Part shown: positions 11,023 to 25,500 of the stretch, one piece after another
How positions within the stretch are numbered: position 1 is the first letter of the stretch
Layout of the letters: each line of letters begins with the position of its first letter
Source: Octopus sinensis
Taxonomy: Eukaryota
DNA: 64,000 bases
Reading direction: 5' to 3'
Assembly: GCF_006345805.1 (NCBI RefSeq)
Contig: NC_043012.1
Location: 15,252,001 to 15,316,000 of the forward strand
Position numbers and translations under genes: made by a program
Notes under the pieces: model-generated
Databases searched by the model: none
Seen by the model: the letters and a program-made list of their open reading frames with translations, nothing else
Told to the model about the DNA's origin: nothing

Positions 11023-14000
11023 CAAGTTCACTAACAATTAATATTTTTACAGTCTTTGTTTTTCTCCATCTCATACACAAACACAAACACACATACGTTA
11101 TACTTTGTTTATTTTGGAAAGGTGAGAAAAAAAAATTTGAAACAATTCTCAATATTCTTGCCAAATGACAAATTATTTTCATCAGAAACATTGTAATAAT
11201 GCCATTTAATTTGACTGAGCAATTTGAAAGTTTAAAAAAAAAAAGGGACCTGCAGATTTTCCACTGCTATCAGATAGGTTTGAATAATTTGTACTTCACG
11301 TGTTTCTTGATGAAATCTCAGATCTAAGATTCTTAGATCATTTGGAACTTTGTTAAAGAAGAATGCTGAAAATGTGTCCAAATATTGTCTGAACTTACCA
11401 ACTGCGTTCAGTGTCGAAATTTTGAAAGTTTATTCTATTCGGTTTTAAATTCAGCAATTTCTGAAATTTATTTTCATTTTGGAGTATCTCTGATCGCTCT
11501 CACTCTGGGGACATATTTTGTTCCCACTAAATTAAATAAAATGTTTTCATCGATAACTTAAAATGAGTTACATAGAATATTTATGAATGACACATTTTTC
11601 ATAAGAATGAAAGTAGAAATTTTCTACTTCCAGTTGAAATTCTGAAAAGAACAATGAATGTTTCATTCTCAGAGCCTAACATTTGTTTTGTTAAGTTACT
11701 TCAGTAAATTAAATCTGTCTGTCTGTCTTTTCTCTCTCTCTCATATAAATTATCGCATACAAATTATTTGCGCCCAGCTTCTCAATCATTCTACCTCCCA
11801 TGATTTCCAATGATTTAATACTACATCTTGATGAAACATTCATATCTTATTAGAATTTTTTCTGTACAGACATATATAAATACATAGATTATATTCCATA
11901 TACATGTGTGTGTGTGTGTGTGTGTGCAGGGGAGGGGTAAATATGGCTATATGTATAAAAATATAAACATATCCATTATTCATGTGTATGTGTGTATATA
12001 TATTTATATATTTATATAGACGTGTGTGAGTGTGTGTATATATCTATATGTGTGTGTGTGTATATATACATACATACATGCATACATACATACATACATG
12101 CATGCATGCAGGTATCCCCAACATTACTGAAAATTTGGCTGAAGCATGGAGTTCTGTAATGCGAAACTTAATTTCCCAGTGATTTTGTGTTATAAATTGA
12201 GATGTGTTCTGTTGAATGGTTGTGTGTTTAAGATGTTCAATCCTCAGCCATGTGATTTCAGGTTCAGTCTTGATGTATGCTACCTTGGGGGGCAAGTGTC
12301 ATCTACTGCAGTCCCAGGCTAACCAATGCCTTGTAAGTGAATTTGACATTGTAAGTTCAAGTTGAATGATGTCCATCTTATATGTATATATTCATGTGTG
12401 TGTGTGTGTCTTTATATACATATATATATATCAACAAGATATTGTGACAATACAAAAAATGTAGGGTCTAAAGAAACTATAGAAGTTACTTCAGTATATT
12501 AAATCTGTCTGTCTGTCTTTTCTCTCTCTCTCTCTCTCTTTCTCTGTGGAGCTTCTGTATTCCCTTCAATTCTTCATTAGATAAACTTTCTCTTCCCTCT
12601 GGGACTCTAGCAATGCCACCCTATCATTGAATCTTCTATAGTTTCTTTAGACCCTACATTTTTTTCTATTGTCACAATATCTTGTTGAACTTGATGTCAA
12701 CTTTCACATGTGGAAAATCTATAAAGTCATTGATGTAGTCTGACCTATATTGTGCCAAACACCATTCATAGCTGAGGGTTTCATTTTATCCCATGATTCA
12801 GCTATGTTTATCAACAATGCTGAACATTGAGCTTTTTCCAGAATTCTCTGAATGCTCCAAACCAATTGCTTTTATGAATTGCATAAAAGTTCTCAGCTTG
12901 CCTTGATTTTAACTATCTCACCTCGATCCATTGACTGGAGCAAAGAAGTTGAGTTACTGGAGATATATTCAACTCTCAATTTTCAGAAAGATAATTTGAG
13001 TTCACTTGATTGCTTGATGCATTGTTAAAAAAGGAGCAATGCTTTGTTGAAAATATGCTTGACACTGTACCTTTTTACTGCAGGGCAAAAAATGTTGTTT
13101 GTAAACCAGTCTTAAAAAAAGGCTCAAATCATCCAAGCTTATTTGAATACCAAATCACAGACAGATTAAACTTACTTTAGCCCTTGAAAACCCTAGGATT
13201 TTAGGAGTGATCCAATTTAAAGAATTTATATTCATATGCCCTGCAGTATTTCCTCCTACAAAGATCATCAGGCGATTTTTGGAAGCTTTGAACTCTGGTG
13301 CTAATTTTCCTTCGCTTTCATTAGAACTTCTTCATAGGTACACACTTTGAGATAATCCCTGTCATTCACATTGTACACTTGTTTTGGTGAATACTTCTGT
13401 CAGCAATAACTTTTGTCAGTTCCACAGCGTAATTAGTAGCAACCTATGTATCAGCACTAGTAGCTTCACCAGACATTTTAACTTTCAAACCAGTGATTGC
13501 TAGCAAGAAAAAGTTTTGCACCATCCACTTTCAGCAAATAATCATAAAAACATTTAGCTTTCACTCAAATGACCATCACATTTATTGACATTTTATTCAT
13601 TCTGATGGCCATGCCACACCCTCAAGAACCATTCCAAGTGTCCCTTCCTATCTGTGGGAGTTGGGTAGAAAAAGGAAAACAATGCCCAGGTATTTAACAG
13701 AGTAGCTACTGAAGCACCAAACCTGTTGTTCATCTGTAGGCATCACAACCTTTAACTATTTTGTTAACATATGCTACCTTTGTTTCAATTAATTTTTAAA
13801 ATAATGAAGAATTTAATAAAATAACTTTCTCATTATTAAGCTGGGGTTTGGAACAATTTATCCAAAAATTTTAATGGAAGATTATAATTTAGACTACTTT
13901 AAAACAGTAAATTTCGGTCATAGATTTTGGGGTAGTCTCAGGTGGGATGATATCAAAAGGGTTAATGTTTTTGCTGGGTTTTCCTCCTGTTTGAAACCTT

Positions 14001-14799
14001 TGTAAAACAGCTGTATTAACCCAGGATAATCCCTGAACCCTTCAGGCATTCAAACCAGCCATATCCAGCCCCAAATGTTTTCCCTGTTTTTGTCGGAACC
14101 TGGCCTCTCACACCTACCCTACAATGTTATTCTAAAAATATACAATCACATCTTTGCAATATTAAAATTACAAGATAATGCATGATTAATTCAAAACCGT
14201 GTGAATAAATAAGCAGAGAACATTTGACAGAGAAGTAATCTGAATGCTTCAGGCGTTAATGATGCCTTTTCATATTACTGGCATCACTTCCACTTGATGG
14301 TTACTTTCTGGCTGTACTTTACCTTAGCATACATCTTAAAAACATGCTAGACCTTATAATTTAGTGGTTAAATTCTATGAAATTCTCCATTAAAGAGTAA
14401 CATGCTGAAGTCTGAAGAAATTAGTGATATTCTACATTCAGCAAAAAGTAGTTTTGTAACTTCAAAGGTAAAAATATGAATGTGTAAATGAAAAAAGTAA
14501 GGCAAAAGTGAGAGGAAGCACTGTTGGCACCAAGATCCTGGTCAGTTGAATTGATGCATGCAGAAAGAAAATGGAGAGATGCCAAGGAGTGAGTGGCATC
14601 TGGAAAATATGCTGAGATCAATGGACAACAAGGTTGGCTCAATTTGTGTAGGTGATGAGGAGGTGTGCAAAAATGACAGTTTTGTGATTTAAAAGCTTTT
14701 AAAATTGTTTTACAATTTACATAAGGGTAGTATTCCATAACCTTTGTTTTGGGGATGTAGGGGATGCCTTTATGTATGTATGTGTATGTTTGGTTTAAT

Positions 14800-14821
14800 A
14801 TATACACTGATATATATATAT

Positions 14822-14880
<59 letters not shown>

Positions 14881-14901
14881 ATATACATATGTGTGTGTAT
14901 G

Positions 14902-14949
<48 letters not shown>

Positions 14950-15017
14950 CATGCATATATTGTATGTTGATATATATGCACACATTCATACCTGTACACG
15001 TGTATATATGTGTATAT

Positions 15018-15048
<31 letters not shown>

Positions 15049-15177
15049 GAATATATGTATGTACATATATATATGTGTATGTATGTACATATGTGTATGT
15101 ATATATTTATATATATGTACATATATATTTATGTATTTATATATTTATGTATATATATATATGTGTGTGTGTGTGTG

Positions 15178-15232
<55 letters not shown>
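14800..15232. repeat. Compound (TA)n/(TG)n microsatellite
   Basis: Direct inspection. Confidence 0.95.
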
Positions 15233-16191
15233 TATTGATAAAATACCCATCATTATGGCTAATGAACTTTCGAACTTTATAATTGTCCTTTTTCGCAATC
15301 AATGACAATAAATCCTAATGGTGGGCATCCTTTGAATTTTAACGATGTTTCAAATTGCTAGTGTGAAATATTAATTTTGCTAAACTTTCTATGTTAAAAT
15401 CATTATCGTTATCTTTCGCAATGTTTCCATCCTAGTTTGTATTGACTAATTTAATTTTTTTTAAGAATTCAACTTTAGAAAACATTTTTGCTTTAAATTT
15501 AGGTTAGTGAAAATTTCTTTCAAAAGTTTAAATCAATTTTTCTTTAAATTTAAAAAATTTACTTAAATTTTTAAAAGTTGTTAATTTCATAAATCTACTT
15601 TGATTTTAAAAAGCTATTTTTTTAAAATTTTATAAATTTCCTTTAATTTGTAAAAAATATCTAAAAAATTAGCGAAGTTAATATTCACAAATTTTTTTAA
15701 AAATTTAATTCTTTAAATTTTATTATTCATCAAAATAGTTTTTTTCTTTCTTTCTCTTTTTTCTTTATGGGTGATATAAAATAATTATTGCAGTTTTCAA
15801 ATGAACTCATTTAAAATAAAACAGAAAATAAAAAAAAAACATATTGACTTATTTGAAATTGTTTGTGGTTACCTTGCAAATTCTTACAAATTTTTAAAAT
15901 TTTAGTTTTTCAAATAATTTTTGTTAATGCTTCTATTTTAACTTAATCTAATTATATATAACTTTTTTGTTTCTAATTTTTTTTCTTTTTATTATAAAAT
16001 TATGAAAATTTCTAAACAGTTTCATTATCCCCAAAAATTTGTGCAGTTTTAATAATAATAAGTGAGGTGGCGGCTGAAAATCTATTTGTGTCAGTGTGTA
16101 TACATACATACATATATATGTATACCTATATATACATGTATACCTATATGTATTTATAAATATATATACATGTATATATGTATATATATAT

Positions 16192-16231
<40 letters not shown>

Positions 16232-16664
16232 CGTGTGTATGTATATATACATATATTCAAACACACACATATATATATGTTTACCTATATATATATATAT
16301 ATATCTGTATATGTGTGTGTCTGTGTGTATGTATGTTTATATATAAATGTATATACTGTAATTGCCAGCATATAAGGTGTATTTTTTCTTTGTTTTTTTT
16401 TTTCTTCCTATTTCTAAACCCTGCATTTAATGTGGCTGTATTGCAAATGGGACACTAAGCATTGTATGCTAATGGGCTGGGTGAGCATAAGTCAGCTAGA
16501 CACAGTAAATGTTATTAATAATGAAATAGTTAAAACAGGACAAAATTTCAGTGTTAGCACAAACTTATTATCGTCTCATTTTGCCTCCTTCCTCAGCATA
16601 TGTAATTCACACTTAATATGGGACTTATATTATTTAATGGCTGTGTTAATTTTAAGTAGGATGA

Positions 16665-16997
16665 GACCCCTTCGGTCATGAATGACCATGGGATTGCACC
16701 TGGAAAGTTACCCTCCGAGGTACAAGTCCGGGCAAGGTTGTTTATGGAAGACCAGTAGTCGCCTATGCATACCAGCCTCCCCTTTACATACCACTGATGT
16801 CATCCAAGGGAAAGGCAAAGGCAGATACAGCTTGGCACCAGTGACATCGCAACTCATTTCTACAGCTGAGTGAACTGGAGCGAGATAAAATAAAGTGTCT
16901 TGCTCAAGGACATAATACGCAGCCTGGTCCAGGAACCGAACTCACAACCTCACAATTGTAAGCTTGACGCTCTAATCACTGAGTCATGCACCTTCAC
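16665..16997 (-). mobile_element. SINE family C (copies also ~4405-4740 and ~8186-8490)
   Basis: tRNA-like head on the minus strand (TGACTCAGTGATTAGAGC..GAGTTCGGTTCC) and a body shared among three copies. Confidence 0.8.
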
Positions 16998-17484
16998 TTT
17001 AAGTAAAAAATTTTTTTTTAAATTAAGTAAATGAAAACTTCTCCAAGAAAGATGATTGTCAACCTTCGTCCTTCACCTATTTGCTGATGATGACAAAACT
17101 ATAGCAAAGGTGCTTCATGCTTGTGGCTGATCATTATTACATAATGCATCACAGCCAGAGATATAAGTTGTACATCCTGTATGACAATACCCTTGGGTAA
17201 AATATAAAATAAACTATACAGTAGAACTGAACAAAGATAAGGTTGAAATATGGAACATATTTTCATAGTTTATTTATGATAAATTTATGGTTTTCTGCAT
17301 TATTTCAGCGTTCTCTTGTATATGTTTACATACATAATTGTACATTTTCTCCTAAAAAAAAATGTTAATATATCTTTCAGTAAGGTTATAATGAAACATT
17401 AAATTTGTTTTTTTTCTGCAAAATATTCTTGTAAAATAGGGATGCATCTTATATGCTGCCAAGTATAGTTTGAATGTGTGAGTA

Positions 17485-17568
17485 CATATATATATATATA
17501 TAAATCAAAAGGGAGAGAAATTTGTGTGTGTGTGTATATATATATATAAATCAAAAGGGAGAGAAATT

Positions 17569-17622
<54 letters not shown>

Positions 17623-17688
17623 ATATATATATATACATATATACATATATACACATATATATATATATACATATACATATATATATAT

Positions 17689-17773
<85 letters not shown>

Positions 17774-17860
17774 TATATTATATCCATACATATATATGTA
17801 TGTATATATATATATGTATACATATATATATATTTATCCATACATACATGTATATATGTA

Positions 17861-17891
<31 letters not shown>

Positions 17892-18035
17892 TATATCCAT
17901 ACATACATATATATATATGTATGTGTGTATATATATGTATGTGTGTATATATATATATATATGTGTGTATATATATATATGTGTGTATATATATATATAT
18001 GTATGTATATATATATATGTATGTATATATATATA

Positions 18036-18104
<69 letters not shown>

Positions 18105-18136
18105 TATATATTATATCCATATATATATACACACAC
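17485..18136. repeat. Long compound (TA)n microsatellite (~650 bp)
   Basis: Direct inspection; source of the YIYI ORFs. Confidence 0.95.
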
Positions 18137-18450
18137 TTTTTGCTTGGAGCTATTGCAAGAGGATATTCAACTGATTAAATGATTCTGGCAATAGAAAAGA
18201 AAAGGTTTTCTTTCATTTCTTTTTGTTTGATTTTTTTCTTTGTTTTGTAAAAAAAAAATGTTATATTCTTCTGAATACACGTTTCTCCTTTTTACAAATT
18301 TTGTTTTACTATTTTATTTGCTTAAAAATCTTTTCTAATTTTTTTTTTAATTTTATTTTATACTAAAATAAGAAAAACAAAAAAGTTTTCTATCTGCTCA
18401 ACTGGAAATAAAATAATGTTAAATAAATAATGAATTATTTTATTTATTTA

Positions 18451-18793
18451 TTAGCACTATGACCCTGCAACACCGGGTCATAGTGCTAGTGCATGCATAT
18501 ACAGCTGCGTGCGTGCGCACATACACGCGAGTACTGTCCAAATCTCCGACTAATCACATACAGCTAATGTATCAAGTTTCGGGCATTTTGACTGGGTTTT
18601 GGATAGAAAATTCACAAAAAAGTCACTTCTATTGATTTTTTAATGGCTTTGCGGGGTGACTGGGTAAATGTAAAGATGTGCACGATCACCCTTGGATGGT
18701 TTTGAATGATCATAGAAAGTGTGAGCCCTCTAACTGAAAAATTGTGGATTTGTATAAAGGACGCAGACATTTTGCCATTTATATATAGAGAGA
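18451..18793 (-). mobile_element. Non-autonomous Helitron-like element
   Basis: Minus strand A|TCTCTCTATATATAAATGGC 5' end; 3' hairpin TAGCACTATGACCC..GGGTCATAGTGCTA ending CTAA|T. Confidence 0.75.
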
Positions 18794-18959
18794 TGATGTT
18801 CTGATCAAACACAGAATGTAGATTAAGATGTGATTTCTCTTGTTTTCCTCAAGTGATAAGCATGTATCTGAGGATGAACATTATGAATACATTGAAACTG
18901 TTTAGAATTGTAACCATTGCATGTAGACAAGTTGAAACACTTTATCACTATAATGTACT

Positions 18960-19415
18960 CATCATCATCATTTAACGTCCGCTTTCCATGCTAGCATGGG
19001 TTGGACGATTTGACTGAGGTTTGGCGAACCAGACTCCAATCTGATCTGGCAGAGTTTCTACAGCTGGATGCCCTTCCTAATGCCAACCACTCCGAGAGTG
19101 TAGTGGGTGCTTTTACATGCCACTGGCACGAGGGCCAGTTTGGTGGTACTGGCAACGGCCATGCCCAAATGGTGCTTTTTACGTGCCACCTGCACAGGAG
19201 CCAGTCTAGCGACGACCTCGCTTGAATGTTTCACGTGCCACCAGCACAAGTGCTAGTAAGGCAATACAGTAACGATCATGCTCGAATGGTGTGCTTAACG
19301 TGCCATCGGCACAAAGGCCAGATTGTTGCTCTGGCAACGATCTCACTCGTATGGTACTCTTAGTGCTCCACTAGCAACGGTTGCCAGTCACCGAGTTTGA
19401 TTTTGACTTTGATTT
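18960..19415 (-). mobile_element. RTE LINE 3' tail (representative; other copies near 7481, 22671, 27481, 33435, 34950, 35485, 48488, 49277, 51283, 57758)
   Basis: (CAT)n followed by TTTAACGTCCGCTTTCCATGCTAGCATGGGTTGGAC.., the same family as the 3' end of the 55361-57734 LINE. Confidence 0.85.
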
Positions 19416-22120
19416 CAAACTCGGTGACTGGCATCCGTTGCTTAGCTAAACACACAAAACAACACAAACAAATTTTCAATTTTAATATTATAAAGATTTA
19501 TTAAGTTTATAGTTTTTATTAATAATAATGGATGCTTTTATTAATCACATAATAGTTTTTTTTTAGATAGGCACAAGTTCTGAAATTTGTAGGGAGATTA
19601 AATTGGCCCAAGTATTTGACTGGTACATTATTTTATTGAACTTGGAAAGATGAAAAAACAAAGCAACTCAGAATGCAGAGAAGAAACACTGCAGAGAAAT
19701 TTTGTCTGATACTTTAATAATCCTGCTAATCCACTACCTTGATAATGGTTCCAAATTTCGGCACGACGCCAGCAAGTTTGGGAAAAGGACAAGTTGATTA
19801 CATCGACTTCAGTACTCCACTGGTACTTTATTTGATTTTATCAAATTTGCCATAAAGGCAGTGACTTGACCTGAGACAGCATTCACCCGGGGTGGGTTGA
19901 GCTGGCTTCATTCATCCTCAATGCTGCATCTCTCACAAACGCCGACCAGGCCATCATTACAGCTACAGGTCAAGGTGAGGCTGACATTAAAACACGAATC
20001 GACCTCACTCGCCAAGCCTATAAAGGCAGTACATAGAGAAAGGTAGCTTGTGGGCTGGACACAGACATTTGTCCATAAAGTGTAATAAAATTGTAAGAGG
20101 GTTAATACCTCATTCGGTATTTTTAAAAAAAGAACAATGTTTTAGAGAAGCAAATGTCGGCGGGCACTTTTTGTCTTCTCCCATCCTTATCATCCAATGG
20201 TACTTATTTTACCGAACCCGAAAGGATGAAAGGCAAAGTTGACATCAATAGAATTTGAACTTAGAATGCGAAGACAGATGAAATGTTGCTAAGCATTGTG
20301 CCAACTCACCACCTCCCAATACCTTAATAATAATAATTTATTAAATGGACATAAAGCCTATCTGGGGGGGAAGTGGTGGGTCAACAATGAACTGATGTCA
20401 AAACAAATGCTGCGGGGCACTTTATCCAGTACTAACAATTCTGCTAAGCCACTATATTGGTAACTTTCTTGTATAGATAGAAGACCTGAAATTTTGTGGG
20501 AGAAAGTTGCTTGTTTATATCATCTCCACTACATACAGGTACTTTTGTCAACCTGTGAGGGATGAAATGCAAAGTCAATCATGGCAGAATTTGAACTCAG
20601 AACATCAAAAAAAAAAAAAAAAAAGAAAAAGACAGACAGACCAAATATGCCACTCTTAACGATGATGCCAATCTCCCTTCTTAATAATAATTGCTTCTAA
20701 TATAGGCACATCATTATCTTCATGTGCCTATATATATTTAGGTACAAATCCAGAAATTTGGGGGAAGGAGATTAGTTGATAATAACCACAGTGCTTCAGT
20801 GATATTTCAATTATTGACTGCTAAAAAGATGAAAGGCAAAGTTAGCCTTGACAGAATGGACCTAATTACCACAAGGTGTTTTTTTACTAATGCTTTACAG
20901 ATGCTACAAATCAACCACACTTATTTATAGTTCTTTTAAATTTTGGCACAAGGTCAGCAACCTTGAAGGTAAGTGGGAAGTCGATCACAGCAAACTCAGG
21001 GCTCAGGCAGTTCTTGTTTTATCAATACTGAAAGGATGAAAAGCAAAGTTGACTTCAGCAGCATTTGAACTCGGAAGTGGTGGCACACTGTAAAGCGGTT
21101 GGCATTAGGAAGGGCATCCAACCATATATTTCTTTACTGCCCACAAGGGGCTAAACATAGAGGGGACAAACAAGGACAGACAAAGGGATTAAGTCAATTA
21201 CATCGACCCCAGTGTGTAACTGGTACTTAATTTATCGACTCCGAAAGGATGAAAGGCAAAAAGAACTCACAATGTAATAGCAGATGAAATACGGCTATGC
21301 ATTTCGCCCAGCTCACATCCAATCATAGAGACCAAACCAAATCAGACTGGAACTTGGTGCAGCTATCTAGCTTGCCAGCTCTTGTCAAACTGTCCAACCC
21401 ATGCCAGCATGAAAAACAGATGTTAAAGGATGATAAAGATAAAAAACTGGAAGAAATGCTGCTCAGCATTTTGTCTGATCTGGTAACAATTCTGCCAGAT
21501 TAACTGCATTCACTGTTCTTACAAGAAAAGTAAAGATAAGGTGTGACAGTGTCACATGACAACTTGCTGGGGCTGCCTGCTGGAGCCTAGCGGCAGGTGT
21601 TTAAAGGGAAAAATTTGACAAGTCAGTCGGTCACCGGCTGACACTCACTGACGATACATCAAAGAGGCCAGGGAACAGAAGAAAGAAGACATGCACCCAA
21701 CACCAGAGCTGAAGACACCTCCGAAAGGAGGGGGGCACGACAAAACGGTAGAGGAGTAGGGGCCGAAACCGGACGTGGTTCCTGCTGATGATGTTTTGAG
21801 CTAACTGGATCCTATAAAGGAGCTGTTGTGGTAGCAGACCATGCAACACGGTTGTAATTCCTCCTAAAACTTAAAGTTTATACTAACCATTTGTTATACA
21901 AACAGAATTAACAATTTAGAGAAAAGAAAATTTGCTGCTTTATTACAAAGTTAATTTTTATGAAATAAAAGGAAAAATATATTGCTCCTAAAATAAACCT
22001 TGCATTTTTCCCCCTCAAAGTCTACAAATATATATAATCACTGTGTTGTGTACACAGATTCTGATAAACAAAATTGTGTTGATGAATAAGAAAAACCAAT
22101 AAAAAACAGACAGAATTCAG

Positions 22121-22126
22121 TTTATT
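22121..22126 (-). terminator. Candidate UBL7 polyadenylation signal AATAAA
   Basis: About 250 nt after the stop and followed by a U/GU-rich stretch on the minus strand. Other AATAAA hexamers lie nearby, so it is not unique. Confidence 0.35.
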
Positions 22127-22377
22127 GCTCATATTTATACAGCAGCCAATAAGACGTTGGTGGGTTTGTTGTCAAGACTAATTTTTATGTGTATATCTTA
22201 GAAATATGTCTATAAAAATTGATTTAAATACTATTAAAAAAAAACACACATTTAAGAGAATTCCTATCACTTAAGCAGTGTAATAATTATTTTAGAAAAT
22301 TGTGATATTTTTAACATATTTTCACTTTATTTACTATTGTCTTTATTTTTATCAAAAAAATTTTTGTTTTTTCGTTT

Positions 22378-22512
22378 TCATAAACTACCTCCACCAATAT
22401 CTCCAAATATATATTCTAGTGCAGCCTGTATATCTCCACCTGCTTCTTGGAGAGCATGTAGTGCCAAACCTTCATCTGTGATACCCATGTCACGAAGCTG
22501 TTGAAGCTGGGT
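22378..22512 (-). CDS. UBL7: UBL7 coding exon 10 (UBA domain, stop)
   Basis: TQLQQLRDMGITDEGLALHALQEAGGDIQAALEYIFGDIGGGSL*. Confidence 0.95.
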   Translation of the reverse strand, partial: TQLQQLRDMGITDEGLALHALQEAGGDIQAALEYIFGDIGGGSL

Positions 22513-25500
22513 CTAAAAACAATTAAAGAAAGTACAGCTTAGTTTTAAAATATATTTTCAAAGCGAAAAACGAAAACTACTTGGTCATCCATGCTGACAC
22601 AGGATTGATAAACTTGAAGAATTAATAGTTGCTTCTTCATAATTCTTAACTTGTATATTTCCATATACTACATCATCATCATCGTTTAATGCCCATTTTC
22701 CATGCTAGCATGGGCTGGACGGTTCGACCGGGGTCTGGGAAGCCAGGAGGCTGCACCAGGCTCCAGTCTGATCTGGCAGTGTTTCTACAACTGGATGCCC
22801 TTCCTAATGCCAACCATTCCATGAGTATAGTGGGTGCTTTTTACATGCCACTGGCACAGGGGCCAGAGGAGACTGGAAATACACATTCCAATAATAACTG
22901 TGTAACAAAATTTTAATTTCTTTTTACCTGTCTTTTGGTCAGTAAGTGTTATTTCCTATTTGCCTCTCTTTAGAAATCAAAGGAAATGACTACAATTCCC
23001 TTCAAACTTTGCTTTTGTGACCTGGACATCAATGTCTTGAAACTGACCCATTTTCCATTACATTTCAGACAGATTCAGCACTGAGCTGCTGAAGAAGAAA
23101 TACCTATTTCTTTACTACCCACAAGGGGACAAACAAGGACAGACAAACGGATTAAGTTGATTACATCGACCCCAGTGCATAACTGGTACTTAATTTATCG
23201 ACCCCGAAAGGATGAAAGGCAAAGTCGACCTCGGCGGAATTTGAACTCAGAACATAACGGCAGACGAAATACGGCTACGCATTTTGCCCAGTGTGCTAAC
23301 GTTTCTGCCAGCTCGATGCCTTATTTCTGCTGAAGCAGAAATACCATTATAGAAAATATTCTGCTCAATACCACAGATTTCCTTGTCAGTTGCTTGACCA
23401 TAACCACTTAAGCATGTTCCTTAGTAGGCTGACAACATATGCATCTCTGATCGGGAGCGGGAGTGGTGGAGGAGCATCTTATTCATGTGTTTATAGGGGT
23501 TCTGAAGGGTTTGAAGAAATGTAACAAAAGCAAAGTTTGAAGGAAATGTTAGCCATTTCTCATACTTTCCAGGGGTCAGCAAATAGGAAATACAAGTTGC
23601 TACCCAAGGACAAAATTGGATTTAGGCAGAAAAGCAGTAAGTTTGAAGGGAAGGCTAAGTCAATATCACTGAGCACAGAACTTGATTGAGACTTCATAGT
23701 ATTGACCTCCACAAGGATGAAAGGTAAAGTTGGCTCCAGTCAAATTTGAACTCAGATCATAAAGAAATACCATGAGGCATTCTTTCCAACAATTTTGCCA
23801 AAAGGGCAGCCATTTTGGGGGAGGGGATGAGTCGATTGCATTGACCCCAGTGTTTAACTGGTACTTAATTCATCGACCCCCAAAAGGATGAAAGGCAAAG
23901 TCGACCTTGACAGAATTTGAACTGGGAACATAGTGACAGGCGAAATGGTTAGCACACCAAGCAAAATGCTTGGTGTGCTAACCATTCTGCTAATAATAAT
24001 AATCCTTTCTACTATAAGAACAAGGCCTGCAATATGGAAGGAAGGGGGCTAGTTGATTACATTGACCCCAGTGCATAACTGGTACTTAGTCCCCCCAGGA
24101 TGAATGGCAAAGTCAACCTTGGCGGAATTTGAACACAGAATGTTTAAACAGATGAAATGTTGGTAAGCATTTTGTCTGGCATGCTAACAATTCTAGCAGC
24201 TCACCACTTTACTAATAATACTAATAATGGTTTCAAATTTTGGCACAAAACCAACAATTTCAAGTCAATTACAACAATCCCCAGTGCTCAACTGGCATTT
24301 ATTTTATTGACCCTGAAAGGATGAAAAGCAAAGTCAACCTCAGTGGAATTTGAACTCAGAACCTAAAGATGGGAAAAGATGTTATTAACCCATTCCGCCA
24401 GCTTGCTCTCTTCCTACTAATGAATGATGATGATTAACAATCATTAGGTCTGATGGATGAGCCAACGAAATATTTAAGTTGCATGGAATGGAAATGTTAT
24501 TAAATAAATAATATACACATCTTCCTCTTACCTGAGTAGCAACATACTGAGCGTGTACCATGGCTTGTTGGAAGAAGTCACTACTGATGGGTGGTGAAGC
24601 ACCAATACTATCAGACGTTGATGCTGCATCCTACAATATTAACAAAAAAATAATTATAAGGCAGAGAAGGAAAAGGAGGAAATCATAAAAGCAGAAATAC
24701 TATATTTCCTTTGACACGCCGGGCGAAATGCTTAGCGGTATTTCGTCTGCCACTATGTTCTGAGTTCAAATTCTGCCAAGGTCGACTTTGCCTTTCATCC
24801 TTTCGGGGTCGATAAATTAATCGACTTAATCCCTTTGTCTGTCCTTGTTTGTCCCCTCTATGTTTAGCCCCTTGTGGGCAATAAAGAAATGATATTGAAC
24901 TCACAACGGCTGAGTCAATCAGCTGACGGTCTTCCCAACATGAATCTAGCCAGGCAGAAAACAGAAATGATGCATTTAATAAATGAAAAAACTGTTCAGA
25001 TTCTGACAAAAAGCTCTTAAGAGCTAAACAGAGATTACCTGTTGGTCAAAATAGCAGAAACATCTTGAGAAAACCTGCATTCGTGCATTTCTATTGCTTT
25101 TAGATTTTTTTCTTGTTTTTCAGCTACTATTTTCGGAAAGACTTTTTTGCCCCCTCCCCCTCCAATTTCTTCATTTTTCACTTTTTCCATAACTCTAACC
25201 CTAAAATTCCAATCCTAACCCTTACCCTAAAACCAGTACAAATGCACAAACAATGTCATAAATAACAGTGACAAATGAAATATACACAGCCGATAGTTTT
25301 TGTTGACAAACAATGGCAGTAATTTTATTCAGTTGAATACACGTCATTGATTGGTTGAAATTACCGAAATACGACTACTTTAACATGAAATAACTTTGGA
25401 AATATAAACTTTTCTCAACGACACTAAGAGAAATAGATGTTTTATATGACACATTCTACCAGTGTCCGAAGTTTGAAAGTGTTTAGTTACAAAAAATTAA

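Noticed and set aside
14421-18182. Many long YIYIYI / VCVC ORFs on both strands
   Set aside because: Translations of (TA)n/(TG)n microsatellites with no splice or domain evidence.
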